A stretch of 64,000 nucleotides of DNA from Elusimicrobia bacterium GWA2_62_23. Its GTDB lineage: Bacteria; Elusimicrobiota; Elusimicrobia; Elusimicrobiales; UBA9959. Both the position numbers and the translations under genes were made by a program. The notes under the pieces were generated by a model that saw only the letters and a program-made list of their open reading frames with translations, was not told where the DNA came from and made no database searches. Shown here piece after piece: positions 8,859 through 20,379 of the stretch (the stretch's first letter is position 1; each line of letters starts with the position of its first letter). The DNA is taken from the NCBI GenBank assembly GCA_001799635.1, contig MGTV01000029.1, positions 65,309 to 129,308 on the forward strand. Direction: 5' to 3'.

Positions 8859-9584
8859 CTAATACGCGGGGGCGTGCTCATGCCAGGCGTAGATGAGAGA
8901 GCCGCCCTTGAGCTGGTTGATTAGGCGCGTGCGCACGCCCATCTCCACAGCCGGGCAGCCCCAGCTGCGGCCGAGGGGAACGTTGGCGGGCGAAACATAA
9001 GGCGCGCCGTGCACCACTATGAACCTGGCGAAGGCGTTGCTGTTGGAATCGCTCAGGCCGTAGAGGACCAGGGAATAGCCGTTCTCCCCGGTATAGGTCT
9101 TGCCGGTGAGGAACAGGCCTAAAGAGGTGGCGTGGGAGCCTTGGTCGTTGGAAAAGAGCCCGGCGTAACCGGTGTGCAGCGGGTCGGACCCGCGGCCGTG
9201 GGCCACCAGGAACGCTTCCACCTGCCCGGTCTTCATGTCGGCCACGAAAAATCTTTTTTCATTGGCGTGGCGGGTATAGTCTATCACCGACAGGTAGCGC
9301 GTATTGCCGAGGTCCCCCAGGTTGGCGCGGTAATAATTAAGCGCGGCCGCCAGCGGGCGCGGCGGGATCAGGCCCTGCGGGTCCACGTAGGAATAGTCGG
9401 TATTGTAGTAGGACAGTTTTGGCGCTGGCGGGGCGGGCAGTTCGGCGGAGGGGAGGCGGAGCCACGCCAGGAGATCGTCCAGGGCCCCGGCGGCCGGGAG
9501 GCGGGCGCAAAGGCAGAGCAGCAGGCCCGAGGTTGCGAAGGCCGTTCTGAAGATGCGTAACATGGTGTTGCGGCTTGCCGGCAT
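8859..9584 (-). CDS. YkuD_2-type L,D-transpeptidase catalytic-domain family protein, secreted
   Basis: 241 aa with a signal peptide (LRIFRTAFATSGLLLCLCARLPAAG). It carries HGRGSDP, GSHATSLGLFLTG and GRSWGCPAV (catalytic-Cys context). An alternative start lies at 9563. Confidence 0.7.
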   Translation of the reverse strand: MPASRNTMLRIFRTAFATSGLLLCLCARLPAAGALDDLLAWLRLPSAELPAPPAPKLSYYNTDYSYVDPQGLIPPRPLAAALNYYRANLGDLGNTRYLSVIDYTRHANEKRFFVADMKTGQVEAFLVAHGRGSDPLHTGYAGLFSNDQGSHATSLGLFLTGKTYTGENGYSLVLYGLSDSNSNAFARFIVVHGAPYVSPANVPLGRSWGCPAVEMGVRTRLINQLKGGSLIYAWHEHAPAY

Positions 9585-9749
9585 AACTTAGGGATATGAT
9601 ACAAAAAAGGCGTTCAGGTTTTACCCGGGCCGGGATAAAGGGCCCAGCTCCGGGGGGGCCAAAAAGAACCGGACCTTAGGTACTTTCGGCTCATACGCGG
9701 GCAACCGGATATTTGTTTGAATTGTTATATGGTTTTCAAGGAAAATTAA

Positions 9750-10415
9750 ATGAATATCCTTCGCGCTGTTTTCACTATCGTGCTGCTGTTTTCCGGAGGC
9801 GCTTTCGCTTTCGACCTGCCCGGCCTGGAAAAGGGCGCCGCTCCGGCCCGCCTGCCGGAAGCCGGCCTGCCAGCCGCCGCTAACCCCGGCGACGCGCGCC
9901 TGGCCGCCCTGCGCGCCGAAGCCCTGGCGGACCCCGTGAAGTTTTTTGACGAACATACCCCGGCCGAGATAGGGCTGGCCTACGGGCTTCCCCCTGCCGC
10001 CCGCTACCGCATAGATAACGCCGCGGCCGCGAAGGCTTCTGTGCGGCTTATAGTGAACCTGACGGACCAGCGCCTGCTGGTGGTTTCTCCCGAGCTCAAC
10101 GGTGTCTTCAAGCTCTCCAGCGGCCTGGGTCCCGACCATCTTACTCCCGGCAGCGGCCGCTGCTACGCCCCTGATTTCATCGAGGAAATGCACTATTCCA
10201 GCCTTTACAACAAAGCCCCCATGCCCAATTCCATCTTCTTCAACGGCAATATCGCCATGCACGGCACCAACGCCGAGCAACTGCTGGGCCAGCCCGCCTC
10301 CCACGGCTGTATCCGCCTGTCCAAGGCGGACGCCAAGGCCGTCTACGGCGTAGTGAAAGCCCACGGCAAGGCCAATGCCAGCATCTGCGTAGTAGGGAAA
10401 ACTCCGGTAAAGTAA
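9750..10415 (+). CDS. L,D-transpeptidase (YkuD domain), secreted
   Basis: 221 aa with a signal peptide (MNILRAVFTIVLLFSGGAFA). The canonical active-site motif HGTNAEQLLGQPASHGCIRL is present. Confidence 0.85.
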   Translation: MNILRAVFTIVLLFSGGAFAFDLPGLEKGAAPARLPEAGLPAAANPGDARLAALRAEALADPVKFFDEHTPAEIGLAYGLPPAARYRIDNAAAAKASVRLIVNLTDQRLLVVSPELNGVFKLSSGLGPDHLTPGSGRCYAPDFIEEMHYSSLYNKAPMPNSIFFNGNIAMHGTNAEQLLGQPASHGCIRLSKADAKAVYGVVKAHGKANASICVVGKTPVK

Positions 10416-10436
10416 GTTTTTCCCCGCCAGCAATGA

Positions 10437-10469
10437 AAGAGGGCCGGTTTTGCCGGCCCTCTTCTTTTT
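10437..10469. terminator. Rho-independent-type hairpin between convergent genes
   Basis: An 11-bp stem, AAGAGGGCCGG (10437-10447) / CCGGCCCTCTT (10453-10463), followed by CTTTTTG. Confidence 0.6.
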
Positions 10470-10481
10470 GTCCGCCTGCGC

Positions 10482-12341
<1,860 letters not shown>

Positions 12342-12342
12342 A

Positions 12343-13962
12343 TCAGTTCTTTCCTTTTGCGGCGTAAATGTTTATCCGGGCCGGCTTGAAGAAGAGCTCC
12401 GGCATTTTTTCGCGCAGTGCCAGCCCGAAGAGCGAGAAGTTTTCCCTGAACTCCGCGGCCGGCGCGTAGCCGGCCTTGTCCAGAGCGGCCAGCAGGCCGG
12501 GTTCGTCGGTGAAAGCCGTCTCTATATCGGTGGTCACTACCAGGTCGGGGCGCGCCTGGCCGAGCAGGTCGTAGCCCACGGCGTTGCGCCAGTCACCGGA
12601 GCCCAGCGGAACCAGCCTGACGTTTCGCAGGCCCTCGTAGGATGGATGCCGGTATTTGCGCTCCAGCACCCCGGGGCCGAACCAGGAGGGCTCGCGCAGC
12701 AGGCCTATGACCGCGCCGGGGCGGGCGTTGGCCAGGAGCCAGCCGGAGGCGGAGTCGCGGCTGTCCTCTTTGAGGGCGAGCCGCGCCGCGGCGGCCTGCA
12801 GTACCAGCAGGTTGACCAGTACCAGCAGGGGCAGCGCTTTAGCCGCCCTGAATTTTTCCCCGGCTTCGGCGAGAAGGCGCGCGCCCAGCAGGGCCAGGAA
12901 CGGCAGTACCGGCAGCATGCGGCCCGAAGAGGCGGCCTGCCCGGCTTTTACGAAGATGACCAGCAGCGGCAGCGTCCAGGCGGCCAGCAGCAGGTCGTTC
13001 TTGGTGCGCCTGAAGGCGGACAGGCCCAGGCCGGCCAGCGAGGCGGCCGCCACGCCCACGCCCAGACCTTCGCGCAGCGAAGCCCAGACCTTTAGCAGGC
13101 CGCTGAATATTCCCGCCGAGGAACCGTTGGAAACTGTATTCGCCAGCGCCCCGGTGCCCTTTATAAAACCGGGATAATCCAGCAGGGCGTAGGGGGTGCC
13201 TATGAAAAACGCGGAGGCGGCGGCCGGAACGGCGAGCAGCAGCGGCTTCATTTCGCGGCGGCGGGGGCCCAGCAGGTGGGCGGCGAGGAAAGGCAGCAGC
13301 AGCGGGGCCGCGGAATAGCGTGTGGAGACGGCCAGCCCCGTTGTGACGGCGGCGAGCAGGTAGAACCTGGTCTCGCCGGAATCCATGAGCCGCTTGAGCA
13401 GCAGCAGGGTGAGGACTATCCAGAAAAGGCCCGGCACGTTCATTACCAGGTAGCGGGAAAAGATGGAATGCGCCGGGGCCAGCGCCAGGAACAGCCCGGC
13501 CAGAAAGCCGGCAGCGGGGCCGAACATGGCGGTTCCGAGCAGGCAGAGCGCCGCGGCGGCGAGGGCGCCGTACAGGGCGGACAAGGCACGGCCGGCCAGG
13601 TAGAACTTGCCCCATTCGCCGGGGTTGGCGTAATAGAAGTCCTTGTCCGGGGTGAGGGTGAGCAGGCCGGCCACAGAAAGAGCCTTGAGCGAGGCCGCGA
13701 AAGTGTACAGGTGGAAGGTGCCTTCGCCCAGCGCGTAAGGGGTTTTCTCCCCGACGGGGTTGAAGTCCAGCTTGCCCGGGTCCATGGACTGCAGGTGGGC
13801 TATGGGCGTATTCTCGTCGCAGTTGTAGGTGTTGACGTGGTGTTGGTTGGGCAGGCCCCAGCGCAAGCCGGCCAGCGAGGCCAGCAGCGCGGCCAGGACT
13901 ATGACGGCCAGCCTGGTTCTCGTGGATTTGGGCATAAGCGTGGGGGCTGTTGCGAGCGCCAT
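12343..13962 (-). CDS. GT-C fold membrane glycosyltransferase (GT39/83, ArnT/PMT_2-like)
   Basis: 539 aa. The polytopic N-terminal two-thirds resembles ArnT/PMT, and the C-terminal domain is soluble. Confidence 0.75.
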   Translation of the reverse strand: MALATAPTLMPKSTRTRLAVIVLAALLASLAGLRWGLPNQHHVNTYNCDENTPIAHLQSMDPGKLDFNPVGEKTPYALGEGTFHLYTFAASLKALSVAGLLTLTPDKDFYYANPGEWGKFYLAGRALSALYGALAAAALCLLGTAMFGPAAGFLAGLFLALAPAHSIFSRYLVMNVPGLFWIVLTLLLLKRLMDSGETRFYLLAAVTTGLAVSTRYSAAPLLLPFLAAHLLGPRRREMKPLLLAVPAAASAFFIGTPYALLDYPGFIKGTGALANTVSNGSSAGIFSGLLKVWASLREGLGVGVAAASLAGLGLSAFRRTKNDLLLAAWTLPLLVIFVKAGQAASSGRMLPVLPFLALLGARLLAEAGEKFRAAKALPLLVLVNLLVLQAAAARLALKEDSRDSASGWLLANARPGAVIGLLREPSWFGPGVLERKYRHPSYEGLRNVRLVPLGSGDWRNAVGYDLLGQARPDLVVTTDIETAFTDEPGLLAALDKAGYAPAAEFRENFSLFGLALREKMPELFFKPARINIYAAKGKN

Positions 13963-14026
13963 TTAAATATACAATAATTAACATAGCGTAACAACCGGCC
14001 GCTCTCCGGAGAGCCGGCTTAAAACT

Positions 14027-15460
14027 ATGAAAGTCCTGCTTATCAACTTGCCGAGGGTCGGCGGCTTCCCGGTAGTAAGGGAAGAGCGCTTCGAGCATAA
14101 GGATTTCGAGATGGTCCAGCCGCCGCTGGGCCTGCTGTACTGCGCCTCCATGCTGCGCCAGGCCGGGCACGAGACCGCGCTGATAGACGCCAACGCCCTG
14201 GACCTGCCCGCCGCCGAAGTCGGCGCCCGCGCGGCGGCTTTCAGGCCCGACATTATTTTCGCGCGGGCGGCCTTCGACGCGCAGGACGCCGACGCCGCCG
14301 TGCTGGCCGGACTGAAGGCGGCGGTCCCCGGCGTCAAGGTGCTCACCCGCAACAAGATACTTTCCGACGTGCCCGCCCTGCGCGACGCCTTCCTGGCGCG
14401 CCATTCCCATATAGATTATTTCCTGCTGATGGAGCCGGAGTCGGTGATAGCGGCCGTCTGCGAGGCCCTAGCGGGCGGGCGCCGGCCGCCGGCCGCGGCC
14501 TGGCTGGAGGGGGGCAAGGTAGTAGAAGGCGCCCCGGCCGAAGCGCCCGGCCAGCTCGACGATTTCCCTTTCCCGGCCTACGACCTGCTGGAGACCATGG
14601 CCCCCTACAAGACCAGCCTGTTCGGCCCGGTCTATACGCTGGTGCTCTCCAGCCGCGGCTGCCCTTTCCAGTGCAGTTTCTGCGCCTATTGCCGCACCAA
14701 GTACCGCGAGCGCTCGGCCGAGAACGTGGTGGCGGAACTGAAGTGGCTGAAAGAGACCATAGGTCTCAAGAATTTCGTTTTCTTCGACGACACTATTTCC
14801 CTCAGGCGCGACCGCACGCTGAAGATCTTCGAGCTGATGCGGCAGAGCGGCCTGGGCCTGAAGTTCGGCATCTGCACCCGGGTGGACCTGATAGACGAGG
14901 AGATGGTCCTGGCCGCCAAGGCCGCCGGCTGCGAGGAACTCGGCTTCGGCGTGGAGTCCGGTTCCCAGAAGATCCTGGACATAGCCAAAAAGGGCATAAA
15001 GCTGGACCAGGTGCGCGAGGCTTTCCGCCTCTGCAAAAAACACAAGATCAAATCCATAGCGTCGGTGATCCTCGGCCTGCCCGGCGAGACCGAAGAGACG
15101 GTGCGCGAGACTTTCCGGTTCATCAAGGAAATAGACCCGTACTACTGCCAGTACGCCATAGCCGTGCCTTTCCCCAACACCGAGGTTTACCGCTACTACG
15201 ACGAGCGCGGCCTGATCCTCACGCGCGACTGGACCAAGTACAACCCGCTGGAGGTCACGCCGGTGTTCCGCACCGAAGCCCTGAGCGCGGAGCGCCTCGC
15301 CGAGCTGAAGCGCCAGGGCTACATCAAGTTCCTGCTCAGGCCTTCCTTCATCCTGTCCAAGATAGAGCCGCTCAACCTGCTGTGGAACATAAAGGGCTTC
15401 CTCATGTACGCCCACCGGCTGGCCGGGCTGCTCCTGGGCGGCAGGAAATACGTCCGCTGA
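14027..15460 (+). CDS. B12-binding-domain (class B) radical SAM protein, copy 1
   Basis: 477 aa. MKVLLINLP opens a Rossmann-like N-terminal domain, followed by SSRGCPFQCSFC (CxxxCxxC). Confidence 0.9.
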   Translation: MKVLLINLPRVGGFPVVREERFEHKDFEMVQPPLGLLYCASMLRQAGHETALIDANALDLPAAEVGARAAAFRPDIIFARAAFDAQDADAAVLAGLKAAVPGVKVLTRNKILSDVPALRDAFLARHSHIDYFLLMEPESVIAAVCEALAGGRRPPAAAWLEGGKVVEGAPAEAPGQLDDFPFPAYDLLETMAPYKTSLFGPVYTLVLSSRGCPFQCSFCAYCRTKYRERSAENVVAELKWLKETIGLKNFVFFDDTISLRRDRTLKIFELMRQSGLGLKFGICTRVDLIDEEMVLAAKAAGCEELGFGVESGSQKILDIAKKGIKLDQVREAFRLCKKHKIKSIASVILGLPGETEETVRETFRFIKEIDPYYCQYAIAVPFPNTEVYRYYDERGLILTRDWTKYNPLEVTPVFRTEALSAERLAELKRQGYIKFLLRPSFILSKIEPLNLLWNIKGFLMYAHRLAGLLLGGRKYVR

Positions 15461-16578
15461 TGAAATTCTGCGTCCTCTCTTCCCTTACCGCCCGCAGCGG
15501 CAGCTCCATCCGCAACCGCGGCGTCTGCCGCGCCCTCGCCGGGCTGGGGCACAGCGTGACTTACCTGGAGCCGCTGGCCCCCGGTGAGGAAGCCGCGCTG
15601 GCCGAGGGTTTCTCCCACGAACCGGTGCCGGTGAGGTCCGCCCGCCCGCTATTCTGGATGCTGCCGGCCGCGCTGGCCAACCTGGCCCGCCTTCGCGAGC
15701 TGAAGCCGGCCGCGGTCCTGGTGATGAAACCTTTTCCGCACACGGCCGTGCCGGCCCTGCTGGCCCGCCGGAACTGCGGCGCCAAAGTGGTGGTGGATTT
15801 CGACGACCTGGACTCGGGCTACGCCGCCGGGGCCCTCGCCCGCCGGCTGCTGGAATGGATGCAGCTGTTCTTTATCCGCCGGGCGGACCTGGTCTGCGTG
15901 CATAACGGCGCCCTGCGCGAGTATCTTTCCTCCCGCGGCGTGGCGCCCGAAAAGATCTCCTGGCTCGGCCAGGGCATAGAGCCGGAAAAGTACGCCGCCC
16001 GGCCCGGCGCCGGGCCCGCGCTGCCGCCAGGCTGGGAAAGTGCCACCGTACTGGTCTACGCCGCCCACCTGGGGCCGGCGGCCGCCCTCGAACCCTTGTT
16101 CGAGATCGTGGCCGGACTGGCCGGGAATTTCCGCCTCCTCGTGATAGGCGGCGGGGCGCAGTTGGAGGAATTCAAGGCGCTGGCGCGGCGGCTGGGGGCC
16201 GAAGGGCGCACCCACTTCACCGGCTACCTGTCCCATCCCGAGACCATAGCGTGGCTGCGGCTGGGGCAGATAGCGCTGAATTACCTTTACGAAGAGCAGC
16301 CGCGGGACCGGTTCCGTTCGCAGATAAAGATCCGGGAATACCTGGCGCTCGGCCTGCCGGTGGTGTCCTCGCGGGGCGGCGACATAGAACTGTTCAGGGA
16401 ATTCGTGGAGATAGCTGGAGATAAAACGGATTTCGCCGGCAGGATCATGAAGCTCGCCGCGGACCTGCCTTCGGCCGCGGCCAGGGCGGCGCGGGGCCGC
16501 GTCTGGGTGACTGAAAAATATTCATGGCCGGGCCTCGTCAGGGAATGGCTGGCCGGGTCGGGGCTGGACAAGTTATGA
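15460..16578 (+). CDS. GT-B fold glycosyltransferase (GT4-like)
   Basis: Starts at the internal ATG at 15460 (ATGA overlap with the rSAM stop). The track ORF 14671..16578 is an upstream frame extension. The sequence runs MKFCVLSSLTARSGSSIRNRG...KIREYLALGLPVVSS. Confidence 0.8.
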   Translation: MKFCVLSSLTARSGSSIRNRGVCRALAGLGHSVTYLEPLAPGEEAALAEGFSHEPVPVRSARPLFWMLPAALANLARLRELKPAAVLVMKPFPHTAVPALLARRNCGAKVVVDFDDLDSGYAAGALARRLLEWMQLFFIRRADLVCVHNGALREYLSSRGVAPEKISWLGQGIEPEKYAARPGAGPALPPGWESATVLVYAAHLGPAAALEPLFEIVAGLAGNFRLLVIGGGAQLEEFKALARRLGAEGRTHFTGYLSHPETIAWLRLGQIALNYLYEEQPRDRFRSQIKIREYLALGLPVVSSRGGDIELFREFVEIAGDKTDFAGRIMKLAADLPSAAARAARGRVWVTEKYSWPGLVREWLAGSGLDKL

Positions 16579-17543
16579 CCAAAGTTTCAGTGGTAGTGCC
16601 GGTTTACAACGGGGCCAGGACCATAGGCCTGGCCCTGGACGCCCTGCTGGCGCAGACGCACAAGGGCCTGGAGATCATAGTGGCAGACGACGGGTCCACC
16701 GACGCCACGCCGGAGCTGGTGAAAGGGCGGCCGGTGAAATACCTGCGGCAGGAGAACGCCGGGCCGGCCAAGGCGCGCAACCTGGGCTGGCGCGCGGCCG
16801 CCGGCGAAATAATTTTCTTCACCGACGCGGACTGCGTTCCGGAACCGGCGTGGGTGGAAAAACTCCTGCGCCTGTTCGAAGAGCCGGGCGTGGCCGCCGC
16901 CGGCGGAACCTACGGCCTCCGCAACCCGGAAAGCCTGGTGGCGCAGTGCATCCATTACGATATCCAGTACCGGCATTCCCGGCTGGGGCGCGAAGTCTCC
17001 TATATCGGCTCCTTCAGCCTGGCCGTGCGCAGGACCGCCCTGGAGCAGGTAGGCGGTTTCGACGAGACCTTCCGCATAGCCTGCGGCGAGGACGCGGACC
17101 TGTCGTACCGGCTGTTCAAGGCCGGCCATAAGTTCCGCTTCGATAAAGAATGCTGGGTGGCCCATCACTTCCCCACGGGCGCGGTGCATTTCGTGCGCCA
17201 GCAGTTCTGGCGCGGCTACTGGATCATGAAGCTGCTGGCCAAGCACGGCAGCACCGGCTCTCCGGGCTACAGCAACTTCCTCGACGCGCTGCAGCCGCCG
17301 CTGTTCGGCCTGGCGCTGGGCGCTCTCGCCGCCGTGCCTTTCGCGCCTGGTCTGCTGCCCGCGGCGCTGACGCTCAACCTGCTGGCCTTCTTCGCTAATT
17401 TCCCGTCGGTGCTGTTCGGCGTGCGCGCTTCCGGTTCTCCCAGGCTGTTCTTTTCGGCCGTGCTGTTCTATTTCCGCGGCTTCGCCTGGGTGCTGGGCCT
17501 GGCTTACGGCGCCGGTTTCCTGTTCAAAGGCGGCAATAAATGA
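16575..17543 (+). CDS. GT2 glycosyltransferase with C-terminal TM segments
   Basis: Starts at the ATG at 16575 (ATGA overlap). It shows VSVVVPVYNGARTI, IVADDGSTD and a FTDADC DxD motif, with a hydrophobic C-terminal third. Confidence 0.8.
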   Translation: MTKVSVVVPVYNGARTIGLALDALLAQTHKGLEIIVADDGSTDATPELVKGRPVKYLRQENAGPAKARNLGWRAAAGEIIFFTDADCVPEPAWVEKLLRLFEEPGVAAAGGTYGLRNPESLVAQCIHYDIQYRHSRLGREVSYIGSFSLAVRRTALEQVGGFDETFRIACGEDADLSYRLFKAGHKFRFDKECWVAHHFPTGAVHFVRQQFWRGYWIMKLLAKHGSTGSPGYSNFLDALQPPLFGLALGALAAVPFAPGLLPAALTLNLLAFFANFPSVLFGVRASGSPRLFFSAVLFYFRGFAWVLGLAYGAGFLFKGGNK

Positions 17544-18964
17544 AGATCCTGCTTTTAAACCCTCCAGCCAGCACCAGCCTGTCCTCCACGCTGCCCGATA
17601 AATACACGTCGGTGGATATCGGCTATTATCCGCCGCTCGGCCTCATGTACCTGGCCGGTTACCTCAGGGAGCGGACAAAACATACCGCGGCCATCGCCGA
17701 CATGGTGGCCGAGCGCCTGACGCTCGCGGACCTGGCGGCCCTGCTGGCCAGGCACGCTCCTGACGCCGTGGGCGTCTACTGCGCCAGCGCCACCGCCAAT
17801 AGCGTGCGCAAGATCTGCGCCCGGCTGAAAGAGCTGGCGCCCGCCCTGCCGGTGGTGGTAGGCGGGCCGCACGCCGATATTTATCCGGAAGAGACCCTGG
17901 AATGGTCTTCCGTGGACTACGTCATCCCCGGAGAAGGCGAGATGACGCTCGCCGAACTGCTGGAGTGCCTCGCCGCCGGCGGAAACACCTCCGCTGTCCC
18001 CGGCGTCTGGTCCAGCAGGGAAGGCAAGGCCGTCTCGGGCGGCAAAAGACCCGCCGTCACCGACCTGGACTCGCTGCCCTTTCCCGCGCGCGACCTGACG
18101 GACTATAAGCGCTACCACTCGGCCATAGGCAAGGACAAGGTGGCCACCACGCTGATGACCAGCCGCGGCTGCCCCTACCGCTGCAATTTCTGCTACGTGC
18201 AGTACGACGTCCGCTACCGGGCCCGCAGCGCCGCCAACGTGCTGGCCGAAATAGAGGACTGCCTGAAGCTCGGCATCCGGGAGTTCTTCTTCTTCGACGA
18301 GATCTTTACGGTGGATAAGAAGCGCGTGCTGGCTATCTGCGGGGAGATAGTGAAACGCGGGCTGTACATCACTTTCGAGGTGCGCTCACGCATCAATACC
18401 ATGGACTCCGAAATGCTGGCCGCCCTGAAGAAGGCCGGCTGCGTGCGGATCTCCTACGGCGTGGAATCGGCCTGCGACGAAGTGCTCAAGGCGATGAACA
18501 AGGGCATAACGGCCGCCCAGGCGCGAGAAGTGACCCGCCTTACGCAGCAGGCGGGGATAGAGGTGTTCCTGGATTTCATGCTGGGCTATCCCGGCGAGAC
18601 CGAGGAGCAGATGCGCCGCACCATAGCTTTCGCCCGCGAGCTGGACCCGGATTACGTGCAGTTCGCCATCACGGTGCTCATTCCGGCCACGCAGATCTAC
18701 CGCGACGCGCTCGCGTCGGGGCAGCTGAGAACCGATTTCTGGAAAGAAGTGGCCAAGAACCCGCCGGACCTGATAGTGCCGCCGCTCGCGTCGGATAAGT
18801 ACGGCCGCGAGTTCCTGGAGAAGATGTTCAGCCAGGCCTACCGGAGCTTCTATTTCCGGCCCGGCTACATCTTCAAGCGGCTCAGGAGGATCTCCTCGCT
18901 GACCGAGCTGCTGCGCCACGCCAGGGGCGCGGTGCAGCTGTTCTCCGGCAGCAGGGAAGGTTAA
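17540..18964 (+). CDS. B12-binding-domain (class B) radical SAM protein, copy 2
   Basis: 474 aa with MKILLLNPP and TSRGCPYRCNFC. It has an ATGA overlap with the GT2 gene. Confidence 0.9.
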   Translation: MKILLLNPPASTSLSSTLPDKYTSVDIGYYPPLGLMYLAGYLRERTKHTAAIADMVAERLTLADLAALLARHAPDAVGVYCASATANSVRKICARLKELAPALPVVVGGPHADIYPEETLEWSSVDYVIPGEGEMTLAELLECLAAGGNTSAVPGVWSSREGKAVSGGKRPAVTDLDSLPFPARDLTDYKRYHSAIGKDKVATTLMTSRGCPYRCNFCYVQYDVRYRARSAANVLAEIEDCLKLGIREFFFFDEIFTVDKKRVLAICGEIVKRGLYITFEVRSRINTMDSEMLAALKKAGCVRISYGVESACDEVLKAMNKGITAAQAREVTRLTQQAGIEVFLDFMLGYPGETEEQMRRTIAFARELDPDYVQFAITVLIPATQIYRDALASGQLRTDFWKEVAKNPPDLIVPPLASDKYGREFLEKMFSQAYRSFYFRPGYIFKRLRRISSLTELLRHARGAVQLFSGSREG

Positions 18965-20379
18965 CGGCGGCGGCCCAGCAGGTAGGCGAAGAAACTGCGC
19001 GCGCCGTAGAGTTTGCGGACCAGGTCCGCCGGCGAGGCAAAGAGCATGCGCAGCAGCTGCGAGGGTCTCAGGTAGAATTCCTTGAGTCCCCTGTCTATAA
19101 AATAATCGATCTCGGCCTTGGAGAGCTGCGGGTAACTGAGCAGCGTCACCTGCTCTCGCTCCGGGCTCACCCAGTCCTTCCATTCCTTCGGCACCAGGTA
19201 GCCCTTCTCTTTAGCCCAATCGTAAAGTTCCGTGCCCGGGTAAACGCAGATCCCGGAGAACTGCACCGTGTCCAGCGGCAGGCTCTTGGCGAACTCCACC
19301 GTGGCCGTGGCCGACTCGCGCGTCTCGCCGGGGGCGCCTATCATGAAGCAGCCGTGGATGGTGAACCCCAGCCGGGCGGCTTCGGCGGCGAATTTTTTGG
19401 ACTGCTCCAGGGTAATGCCTTTCTTCACGGCGTCCAGCGCCGCCTGCGTGCCGAACTCGAACCCCACCATGAGCATGCGGCAGCCGGCCTCGCGCATCAG
19501 CGGCAGGAGCGCCAGGTCCAGGTCCACGCGGGTATTGCAGCTCCAGGTGGCTTTCAGCCCGCGCCGGTGGATCTCTTCGCAGAGGGCGCGCATCTGCACG
19601 GCCGAGGCGGTAAGCGTGTCGGTCTCGAACATGATCTCGCGGAGCTGCGGGAAAAGCTTCAGGTCGTATTCCATCTCGTCCACGATGGCGGCGGCGGAGC
19701 GCGCGCGCATATGGCGGCCGGCCATGGACTCGGTGGTGTCGCGGCAGAAGGTGCAGCGGCCCAGGCAGCCGCGCCCGGAGATGAGCGTGAGGAAAGGGAA
19801 ACGCTTGCCGGCGTCGCGGTACCACTCGGGTTTGATGTGGCGCCAGGCGGGGAAAGGCAGGGTGTTCACGTCCACGGGGGCGCCGTAGGGATTGTTGACC
19901 GGCGCGCCGGCGGAAAGCCAGCTCAGGCCGGGGATCTCCGCCGGGGGCTTGCCGTCGGCCAGGTCCTGCAGGATATAGTCGTATTCTCCCCTGGCGATGA
20001 AATCCACCGCGCCGGCGGCCCGGGCGAAGGTGTCGTCGGGCAGGGCGGTGACGTGCGGCCCTACCAGGACCGTGCGGCAGCCGGAGAGTTCCCTGGCCAG
20101 CCGGGCGTGGGCGATGTCGGAATCTATGGACGGGGTGGTGGTGTGCACCACGGCCAGTTCCGGCCTGGCCTGGCGGATAACGTCCTTGACCTGGTCCAGG
20201 CCCAGGTTCAGGGCCGCGGCGTCGGAGAAGACCACGTCGTGGCCGGCGCGTTCCAGCACGGCTACGGCGGTAAGCAGCCAGTCGGGATGGCGCTGCACCC
20301 GCCCGCGGGATTTGGCCGCCCAGCGGGCGGACCTGCAGAAATCGTCCCCGTAGGGAGGGTTGAGCACCAGTATTTTCAT
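18961..20379 (-). CDS. B12-binding-domain (class B) radical SAM protein, copy 3
   Basis: Starts at MKILVLNPP (ATG 20379-20377, ATGA overlap with the upstream GT2 stop). It carries SGRGCLGRCTFC. Its stop overlaps the stop of copy 2 at TTAA. Confidence 0.9.
   Translation of the reverse strand: MKILVLNPPYGDDFCRSARWAAKSRGRVQRHPDWLLTAVAVLERAGHDVVFSDAAALNLGLDQVKDVIRQARPELAVVHTTTPSIDSDIAHARLARELSGCRTVLVGPHVTALPDDTFARAAGAVDFIARGEYDYILQDLADGKPPAEIPGLSWLSAGAPVNNPYGAPVDVNTLPFPAWRHIKPEWYRDAGKRFPFLTLISGRGCLGRCTFCRDTTESMAGRHMRARSAAAIVDEMEYDLKLFPQLREIMFETDTLTASAVQMRALCEEIHRRGLKATWSCNTRVDLDLALLPLMREAGCRMLMVGFEFGTQAALDAVKKGITLEQSKKFAAEAARLGFTIHGCFMIGAPGETRESATATVEFAKSLPLDTVQFSGICVYPGTELYDWAKEKGYLVPKEWKDWVSPEREQVTLLSYPQLSKAEIDYFIDRGLKEFYLRPSQLLRMLFASPADLVRKLYGARSFFAYLLGRRR

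Noticed and set aside
14671-16578. N-terminally extended track ORFs (14671..16578, 16524..17543, 20376..21467, 41541..43844, 49539..50084, 50073..51449, 53854..54759, 55423..56853, 56892..58133)
   Set aside because: The upstream extensions overlap neighbouring genes or encode Arg/Pro-rich junk. Internal starts coincide with ATGA/TAATG coupling sites, SD sequences or signal peptides, so shorter gene models were used.
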